64,000 nt of DNA from the NCBI RefSeq assembly GCF_006345805.1, contig NC_043000.1, positions 141,856,001 to 141,920,000 on the forward strand, given 5' to 3'. A program made the translations under genes and the position numbers. This document shows, one piece after another, positions 55,105-64,000 of this stretch (position 1 is the first letter of the stretch; every line of letters starts with the position of its first letter). The stretch comes from Octopus sinensis. Its lineage: Eukaryota. The notes beneath the pieces were generated by a model that worked only from the letters and a program-made list of their open reading frames with translations, was not told the DNA's origin and ran no database searches.

Positions 55105-55436
55105 TCTGATATTTCATATGTTCATATCCAACAACTTAGTTCCTATATTGTAATCATCGATCGCATTCTGTTTTGTGATGTTCCTTCTTATTTGTACTCG
55201 ACAAATAAAACCATGTATAATACGTCTGGTTCCTTTGAAGTATTTGACATTATTCTCTGAATGCAACATATATGGAGACAATCGAAATTTGTTTGGAAAC
55301 CAGAATACACCCGAAGGGTGAATATTTTTGGTACAATCTGTAAGAGGCGACTGCATGAATATAAACACAATTAATATGATTCTTGCTGATTCAGATTTCA
55401 ATGGTAGCTCGTATGAGTTGGTTACATATGAAAAAG
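55105..55436 (+). pseudogene. RPTP membrane-proximal domain exon remnant
   Basis: tttag|..LSSYIVIID../IYGDNRNLFGNQNTP..YEK|gtataa. Resembles the SYY.VVV and GDN..YGGY.N.PL motifs of RPTP/SUSD1-type juxtamembrane domains. Confidence 0.45.
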
Positions 55437-56222
55437 GTATAACGACTATGCAAATTTCATAACGTATTGATTGTACCCATTTAACTGATGTTCCTTTCTC
55501 TATTTCTGCATAAAATAAACAATCTAGATCGTCGCTGCAAATTATTTAAATTCGCTTCCCCTCATAGCAAATTTTAAACACAATTAGACTTGAGTTTAGC
55601 CAAGGCAGAATAAAAGGACATTTGCTTTGAGCAACATTTGACGTAATATGAATTAGTATCACCGTAGCATTATGGAGCTATCATTACAGTAATACCATGC
55701 CAATAGTATGTCAACAATACCACAGAATACATAGAAACACAAAAGGGATACATGAATCTCCGGGAACACACTCTCACAAATCAGTAAAAACTTCATAAAC
55801 AAAACCGCAATATGCTACCGAATGAGACTGAAGCACACTCAAAACATATTAAAGAATTTATTCATTAATTTGGGTTTCAAGCTTCTCTCTTTTGGTAGCA
55901 CCGATTTCAGTTTCCATTTTTGAGCAGTACGGAAAAAAATAAAGCACCGGATACTCAGAATCGATAACGCAGTAACTTTTATCTTCGTATAAATATATAG
56001 ATACATTCTGACTATGCATGTATGTATGTATGTATGTATGTATGTATGTATGTATGTAGTATGTATGTATGTATGTATGTATGTATGTATATATGTATGT
56101 ACGTATGTAAATTCTCTTCTTTTCTAAATTATTAAAATACTTCCTCTGAGGATGGAGCTGGAATCAACCGGAGATACAAATCTCCATATTTGGAATGTAA
56201 ATAAGAAAATCAAAATAAACAC

Positions 56223-57210
56223 CATCACAATCGAAATAAGCACCATCACAATCAATACACTTTTGCCAACGCGGAACAAGTTTATTTATGCTAGAGGTAA
56301 AAATCCTGCGTTCTGGTGACTATGAAATCTTTGAAGGCGTGTTTGGCTTAGTCATGGCTTTTGAAGCATTTCTCACGCAGGAAGTTGCTGAGATGCTTAA
56401 AAACGTGGTAGTCGTTAGGCGAGAGGTCTGGTGAGTATGGTAGATGAAGCAGAATATCGTACACCAATCCGTTCGACTTCTGCAGGGTCAGTGCGGCCGA
56501 GCATTGTCGTGGAGAAGAATTGGTCCTTTTCTATTGACTAATGATGGCTGTTGTTGTCGGAGTTTCTTATACATTTCATCCATTTGCTCACAGTACTTCT
56601 CTGCCGTAATGGTTTCGCCTGGATCCAAAAAGCTGTGATGGATATGACCGGCCGCAAACCACCAAACAGTCACCATGACCTTCTTTTGGTGCAACTTTGG
56701 CTTCGGGAAGCAACTTGGGACTTCATCGGAATTCAGCCACTGAGCTGAGCGTCGCCAGTTGTCATAAAGAATCCACGTTTCATCACAAGTCACAATCCGG
56801 TCGAGAAACGGGTCGTTCTTGTTGCTTAATAAAAGGGAAGACGACACTTCGAACGGCATTTTTTTGGTTGTCGTTCAATTCGTCCAGCACCTATTTCTCA
56901 AGTATTTTTGTCTTCTCAATCTCTTTCAAATGGTTGGAAATTGTCATATACTTTACGTCAAATTCAGAAGCAGATTGGCTTCGACTAAGGCTCTTAGTTG
57001 ATTGTTGTCAACATCCGATGGCCGACCACAACGTTTATCATCTTCAAAACTCTCGTCACCGCTACGAAATTTCCTGAACCACCATTGTGGTCTACGTTCA
57101 TTAGTGGTTACTGGACCAAACGCATCGTTGATATCGCGATCTGTTTCAGCAGCTTTTCGGCCTAGCTTGAACTGGAATAAGATAATTGTGCGAATTTGGT
57201 TTTTGTCCAT
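56223..57210 (-). mobile_element. Mariner transposase pseudogene
   Basis: HTH FKLGRKAAET..WFRKFRSGD..GRP; IVTCDETWILYDN, HDNARPH, PYSPDLSP, RWQKCID; frameshifts and internal deletions. Confidence 0.95.
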
Positions 57211-57409
57211 GTTGTATTCAACGTTCCGGAAAAAAATAGCCTAATTATTTAGAAAGAAAAAGAGTAACTTGATTAGATAGAGCAAAAAACGGGTTTTAAA
57301 ATGATATGTAAAGTCAAAGTAATTTAACAAAAAATAATTTGAAAATAAATAATTTAAAACTAAAAGTAAAAATTCCGCAAGAACTTTCTTGACAATCTAA
57401 TAATATGGT

Positions 57410-57545
57410 AGTTAACTGCTGTAGGTGTATTATGCGATTTTCGTTTAGCGTTGATATAAGTTTGAATAATATACTGCGTGTATTACCGAGAAACGAATAA
57501 ACCAGGATTATTTGTTTAAGAATTTTTATTGCCTCATAAATTACG
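57410..57545 (+). pseudogene. Transmembrane exon remnant
   Basis: LTAVGVLCDFRLALI*V*IIYCVYYR: hydrophobic run ending in aromatic/basic residues, at the expected position in the chain. Confidence 0.35.
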
Positions 57546-57935
57546 TAATCATGATAATCCATTACAAAATCAGCATTACGTAATTCATGAGGTAATAAAA
57601 ACCACGAGAATCTTGAGTACTCTGCTATCGTAAACACACAAACACACACACGTACATGTGTATATATATATATGTCTTTGCGTATGCACAGATACACATG
57701 CACACTCACATATGATACAAAGGCGTACGTGCGTGTGGGTGCGTGTTTATTAGTGAATTACACAGCAGCTTTTTATCCATGCAAATTTAAACATTAATCA
57801 TGTGTAATTCAAATACGCTGAAAATGAATTTCACTCTTAAAATGAAGACAGTTTTTTTCATAAAAGGATTCTATTACAATGAGCAGAAAATATGATGTAC
57901 GTTGGCTCAAATTCTGCTAAGATAAGGGTAACGTA

Positions 57936-58879
57936 TAATTCTTTTCTACTCAAGGCCCAAGGCCCAAAATTTCGGGGCAGCGTGCCAGTCGATTAGATCG
58001 ACCTCAATACGCAACTGGTACTTAATTTATCGACCGCGAAAGGATGAAAGGCAAACTCAAGTCTAATTGTGTTTAAAATTTGCTATGAGGGGAAGCGAAT
58101 TTAAATAATTTGCAGCGACGATCTAGATTGTTTATTTTATGCAGAAATAGAGAAAGGAACATCAGTTAAATGGGTACAATCAATACGTTATGAAATTTGC
58201 ATAGTCGTTATACCTTTTTCATATGTAACCAACTCATACGAGCTACCATTGAAATCTGAATCAGCAAGAATCATATTAATTGTGTTTATATTCATGCAGT
58301 CGCCTCTTACAGATTTGAACTCACAACGTAGCGGCAGACGAAATACCTATTTCTTTACTTCCCACAAGGGGCTAAATACAGAGGGGACAAACAAGGACAG
58401 ACAAACGGATTAAGTCGATTATATCGACCCTAGTGCGTAACTGGTACTTATTTAATCGACCCCGAGAAGATGAAAGGCAAAGTCGACCTCGGCGGGATTT
58501 GAACTCAGAACGTAACAGCAGACGAATACCACAACGCCTTTCGCCCGCCGTGCTAAAGTTTCTGCCAGCTCACCGCTTTAAAGGATGAAAGGCAAAGTCG
58601 AACTCGGTGGAATTTGAACTCACAACGTAACGGCTGAAGAAATACCTATTTCATTACTACCCACAAGGGGCTAAACACAGAGAGAACAAACAAGGACAGA
58701 CAAACGGATTAAGTCGATTAGACCGACCCCAGTGCGTAACTCGTACTTAATTTATCGATCCCCGAAAGGATGAAAGGCAAAGTCGACCTGGCGGAATTAG
58801 AACTCAGAACGTAACGGCAGACGAAATACCGCTAGGCATTTCGCCCGGCGTGCTAACGTTTCTGCCAACTCGCCGCCTT
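57936..58879 (-). mobile_element. Tandem array of SINE family B units
   Basis: Multiple gaaaggcaaagtcgacctcggcggaatttgaactc units; interrupted at 58053-58315. Confidence 0.9.
58053..58315 (-). repeat. 263-bp inverted duplicate of 55335-55597
   Basis: Reverse complement matches base for base by eye. Confidence 0.95.
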
Positions 58880-59169
58880 AGAGTAGCGTATAATTAACGA
58901 TAATGTATAGAACCTCTTACAGACTTATGTTGCTGTGTGGAATTTGAATAACCATAAATGCGCTGGTGACAATTCATCTTCATTTACTATGCACTCTACA
59001 TTAACATTTTAGGTTATTTCGAAATATAAGACCAAATCATATTCGTGGCAGCTGTTAGAAAACTCTGCTTTCCATTGCTGTGTAAAATAGAACAAAGTGG
59101 TAATATTAAAAGCATGGTTGTTAAAGAGGATCTACTTCGCTAGTTTCACATTTTATTATACAATTATCT

Positions 59170-59370
59170 AAGGCGGCGAGCTGATAGTATCATTAGTGCT
59201 TCGGGCAAAATACTCAGTCGTATTTCGTCCGTCTTTTACTTTCTGAGTTCAAATTCGGCCGAGCTGAAATTTGCCTTTCATCATTTCGGGGATAGATAAA
59301 TTGAGTACCAGTGAAATGATAGTCCCTTCCTCTAAACTTTCAAGTCTTGTGCTTTTAGTAGAAAAGATTA
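59170..59370 (+). mobile_element. SINE family B, diverged
   Basis: ggcggcgagctg head and gagttcaaatt B box. Confidence 0.8.
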
Positions 59371-59375
59371 TACAC

Positions 59376-59600
59376 TTAAGAAACACACAAAAGCCGTTCG
59401 ATTCACTTCAACATATAAGTTTAATTTGTCAAAATATTTTCGTCGCTAAAATCCGCAACCTGTTCACTGACAAACATCCGTGCTGAGATGCAGCACGGAT
59501 TTTTGTCAGTGAACAGGTCGCGGATTTTAGCGACGAAAATATTTTGACAAATTAAACTTATATGTTGAAGTGAATCGAACGGCTTTTGTGTGTTTCTTAA
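59376..59600. repeat. Palindrome with 110-bp arms, 5-nt loop and 2 mismatches (PLE pLTR inversion)
   Basis: 59376-59485 vs 59491-59600; insertion flanked by the direct repeat gattatacactta (59366-59378, 59691-59703). Confidence 0.95.
59502..59551 (+). ncRNA. Minimal hammerhead ribozyme motif, G3-C8 variant (inverted twin at 59425-59474)
   Basis: tttgtca-GTGAACA-g-gtcgc..gcgac-GAAA-atatt-t-tgacaaa. Confidence 0.6.
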
Positions 59601-60666
59601 ATGGCTTACAAACACCTTCCACGCTGCAATTGTTTTCGTTCCAGCACACGATCTCAGATCAAATCACTTGCTATGCGAGTACATCTCCGTGATTATACAC
59701 TTATCAAACAAAAACTGATTATATATATTCTGTATTTGAAAATATAGTAACGAAAAACTTTTTATAGATTATATAAACTTGCACAAAACTGAGTTCGTCC
59801 TAGTTTGCATAACATTGACAGCACTATGAAGACTGTTGTCACAATATTTTTAAATGCAGGATAAACCGTATGAGGGTTTGCGTGTTACAGAATACATAAT
59901 TGAGTTTTATAAACTCGATGCGTACCAGGTGGCTCTCTCTGAATTTAGAATATTCATAAATATTAATCATTCTCTGTGGTTCAAAAGAGGGATGAGTGGA
60001 TGTAAACGAAAATGGACTGTGACATTTTTAGAACTAGCTTCAGATTTGGGAAGTTCAGTAGGTTTTTGTGTGATTCTCCTATCAGATAACACGAATTCCA
60101 AAGGTGTGAGCGAGCAGATATATTGTTTAGAGACGTTTTTCATGGATAAGATCTAGGTTTTCTTTCCCATAATTACAATCATTTTGCTTATGGGTATTCA
60201 CCTGAACGCTTAGCATTATGAACTAGTTTCAAACGCACATACTACCCAAAACCCAAAAGCCTATACTCAGCACAAAGATTTTCATCACAAGCGTAGCAAA
60301 ATATTTTTGCTGAGTGTCTGGGAATAGATATGCAACATTCCATGCATGTAGTTTGCATTACTCGAATTTGTCACCAATCGCAAAATATCGCATGTCGTTC
60401 TAGTAAGAATTTACTAAATCTGGCATCAAAGTTAAGATGATTTCAAATGCATGAGGTTTGTCTGTAGACTGATTCAGTAGGTTGATTGACAATCATCGTC
60501 ACCTTCACACTTGTTTCCGATGAACAGTACAATAACAGTGCGTGCAGGTGCGAAGACCTCACTTAATTATTACCCCTTCCCAACCCGCACACGCATACGC
60601 ACAGAATCACATTGAATCAACCTATGAACACACATACAGATATATACCTCTATGCATTTATATATA

Positions 60667-60879
60667 CGGGGTGGTTCAAAAGTAGGTTAACAGTCATCAA
60701 GTAGGCACTCTAAATTTCCTTCAAAACATTTTATTACATTTAAATTTCTATCTTATTATCAAGTAAATTAGCATAGAATAACGGTTTCATATTTTTACAT
60801 AATTAAGATATAAACTGTTAGTATATGAATGCAAAAGAGATAGTTGAATAACTGTAAACCTACTTTTGGGTCAGCCTAT
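60667..60879. mobile_element. Tc1/mariner-type MITE
   Basis: Imperfect TIRs ..ttcaaaagtaggttaacagt / actgtaaacctacttttgg.., flanked by TA. Confidence 0.7.
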
Positions 60880-61218
60880 TTACGTATACATATGTGTGCG
60901 TGTGTATAAATATTTTGACGGGGTAGTGAATTGTACAGCTGCGAATAAGCACTAATCATATTTTCTTCAATTTTGTGCAACAAAATTTGCATTTATTTTT
61001 ATTTCTCTATAGAGCGTTCTGTCGCGGCTCTGAATTATTTATAATTACATATAATTATTCGTTATGAGATATTCTTCGATTAAGTAGAGTTGAAATGTAC
61101 TCTTCTAAGTCTGAGTTTTGTTACCATACACACATGTGTGTAATTGTGTATGTGCGTATGCTCGGATGATATATATATTTACATGCGTATATGTATTGTG
61201 TCTATGTACGTTCATATC

Positions 61219-61260
<42 letters not shown>

Positions 61261-61433
61261 TTATGAGAATCTGAAATGTGTGGGATACAACAATCATACA
61301 TTATTGAAGGAAATATTTGAGATATTAATTTTAGCTTTATACCTTCACTCGAAAATATATTTTTTGTCACACCACTAATCTCTGCAGTATGGCTTGTAAC
61401 TTTTCCTTAAGTTCATTTTTGAGTTATATTTAG

Positions 61434-61840
61434 ATAAATATGAATCACAATAAATTATGCTCAGTTCACGTGTCTTATTGGATCCAATATACTCATGGAG
61501 AGCACACTCTTATTTGTGGCAGCAAACGCCAGCACATTTTACAAAGACAAGGTTATCTATCTGGAGTACGGGTCTGTGTGTTTCTACCTAACATCTGTCT
61601 TTGTTCTAGTTTATTTGATAGAATTTTCTGTGTTAGTATAGGCCTACATATATATGGTAGACCTGGTACCAATGACTCGACTATGCGTCTCACATTGTCA
61701 ATGTCTTTCTGTCGCTATTTTTCATGAATTGCGATTTGCTTCATCAACAAGCATACACATCAACTCACCTCTATCACAAGCATTTTTAAGTACCAATCGC
61801 TTCCGAAAAGTTGACTGACATTGACCCGCTACGTTGAAAT
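61434..61840 (+). pseudogene. PTP catalytic-domain N-terminal motif remnants
   Basis: SSRVLLDPI..HSY/ANAS (D..RV.L and YINA motifs), RPTYI/PGTNDSTMR (YIA.QGP...T), LLHQQ. No HCSAG motif seen in the window. Confidence 0.4.
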
Positions 61841-62014
61841 GTATGTGTGTTCAATGATTTCGTGTGACGTTTGCGTTTCATCGGGTATGTGATATTCGTG
61901 ATCAAGCTAGTGAGATGCCTATATTGGAACATATGTATGTATATGCATGTATCTATGTGTGCGTGATCCTACATGTGTTTGTTTTGGTTCACGCGAATAT
62001 AAATATAAATATAT

Positions 62015-62071
<57 letters not shown>

Positions 62072-62246
62072 TGAATTATACCCATATTTATGTGGTATTC
62101 AAATGATGTACCAGTGAATTAGATGTTTTACACACCCCGCTGAAGGAATTTTGTCATCAGTTTGTTACTTTATATGTATAAACGTACACACACACACACA
62201 CGCACACACACACACACACATGTATATGTATATATATATATATATA

Positions 62247-62760
62247 TCTCATATAATAAAGAACTGCGTGTGTGCGTATTCACTTTTCACATGAAAACGG
62301 CTGCGCGAATTGCTCCCGAACCTTGGGATGCATGAAAAATTTCACCTCGGGTGCATCAGAGGATCTTCATATTATTTTTCTAATCAATAATAAATAATAT
62401 TGCTTTATGTATATACGTTTCACGTCTTTAAAAATAGCTCTGAATGTCAACTTCCCATATTGACGTAGCAACGGCGAAATTTTCCGTTTTCATTTGCAAT
62501 ATCTCTCACTCTCTGTTTTGATGTTTTCATTTCAAGCGTTAATTCACTATTTGCAAATAACTACGATAAATAACTGAAAGAAATACTTACTAATTTCACA
62601 AATTTACATATTCGGTACAAGAGCTTTTATTTATATGATTTCTTTCATTTCATGTTTATTTCATTCATTCTTTGCAATGTTCTTTCTCCCCACCTTTTCT
62701 CACACGCACACAAGCCAATCACACATGTACATGTGGGTTTTTGTAATTACGTTTGTAAAG

Positions 62761-62834
<74 letters not shown>

Positions 62835-64000
62835 TGTGCGTGTGTGTGTATTTGTGAAGGAGAAAGAGAGAGACAATGTGTGAGTCAGTCAAGAGGTGTG
62901 TTGTCAAGTATACGTACATACATAAATACATATTCATATATCTTTTTTGTATTATGTGAGCGACAGAGAGTGAGAGAGAATAGTGATGTCTAAGTGGCAT
63001 TCACACACACACACACACACACACACTCTCTCTCTCTCTCTCACTCTCTCTCTCTCTCACATACACATATACATACAAAACAGATGTATGCATATTTACA
63101 TATGTACGTACATGTACATGACAGCACACCCCTTCTCTTTCTCTCACTCACACGACCATTTCATTTGATGCTTGATACTGTATGTGTATGTGTGTGTGTG
63201 TGTGTGTCTGTGTGTCTGTCTGTCTGTCTGTCTGTGCATGCATGCGTGGGGCATTCCGCAATCACCATTTATTTCAATCACTCTTGTGAAGATATTCACA
63301 AAACTCACGTTTTCATTTAATCCCCATTTCAATTTCTGAAAAACTTTCCCAGAACAATTTTCTCACACTCTACAAGAGATGTCGGGGTAGATGTAAATGA
63401 TCAATATCCTACAGTGAAGTAAAGACGAATACAGGTAGCCAGAGTCACTGTTGAATTCTGCAACTCTGTTAACTCTATTAAGTATGATTGCAAATATATA
63501 AACAAAGCTTTAGATGCTGCAACACTTTTATGCAGAATGGCAGTCAGCAGACAAAAAAGACGAAGATGCACAGTAAAACAGAGGAAGATACATCAGCACC
63601 AACGAGGCTTTTTAGTGTATCTTCAATTTTCCTATTTCTGAGGGGCACCCGGCCATCATTCATATGAGTGGCCATCTAGAGAATGACCACAGGGCTCTCT
63701 TTACAAAACAAACAACCTTGGAACAAGTACTTTCTCCAAAAGAAACTACCCTTACTGCCTTTCTAAGTGTCAAGCAGATGAAGATGCAAGAAAACACCTT
63801 TACCCACAATTACCCAAGTATTACACCTGGAGAAACAATAAATTGCACAAAGGAAATGTGGGGGTTGATGATCTTGCAAGAGTTTAAAATGCATCTTCCA
63901 CACATACACACAAGCTAAGCAGAGTGCTACTACTCACGGCTCCTTTTGCATGAAATGCCTGGTCCGAAATCATTCCAAGATTCAAAGAAGGTAAATTTAT
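62247..64000 (+). mobile_element. Helitron remnant (putative 5' end at 62247; Rep-Hel fragment about 63445-64000, running off the window)
   Basis: VEFCNSVNSIKYDCKYINK, YISTNEA, IFNFPI..HLEN, PKETTLTAF, LPKYYTW, ECYYSRLLLHEMPGPKSF. Linking the TC-start at 62247 to this ORF is inference. Confidence 0.85.

Noticed and set aside
57936-58879. CRISPR-like repeat-spacer pattern with a captured 'spacer'
   Set aside because: Eukaryotic context, the units are SINE multimers, there are no cas genes, and the single insert fits templated repair.
63376-63660. Apparent PTP KCxxYWP and WPD motifs
   Set aside because: The region reads far better as Helitron Rep-Hel (VEFCNSV.SIKY.CKYINK, FPI..HLEN).

Overview
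AT-rich, microsatellite-dense animal DNA. The SINE families point to an octopus (coleoid cephalopod) genome (inference). I find no intact protein-coding gene, and almost all ORF-track entries are microsatellite translations. The window is packed with tRNA-derived SINEs, R4/Dong-type and APE-type LINE fragments, mariner/Tc1 relics, MITEs, Helitrons and Penelope-like element (PLE) remnants. Three signals stand out. (1) The unique spacers between repeats contain about 20 collinear, + strand, frameshifted exon remnants from about 4.3 to 61.8 kb. In order they resemble signal peptide, C-type lectin, CUB, EGF, sushi, FN3, a juxtamembrane domain, a TM helix and a tyrosine-phosphatase domain, i.e. a probable fossil giant receptor-type PTP gene read by eye only. 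(2) Several PLE terminal repeats carry minimal hammerhead ribozyme motifs, including compensatory G3-C8 and U3-A8 core variants, often as inverted pairs. One sits in a 110-bp-arm palindrome. (3) A 263-bp inverted copy of local unique sequence, with no mismatch seen by eye, is pasted into a SINE 2.5 kb from its source. Boundaries of degenerate features are approximate.
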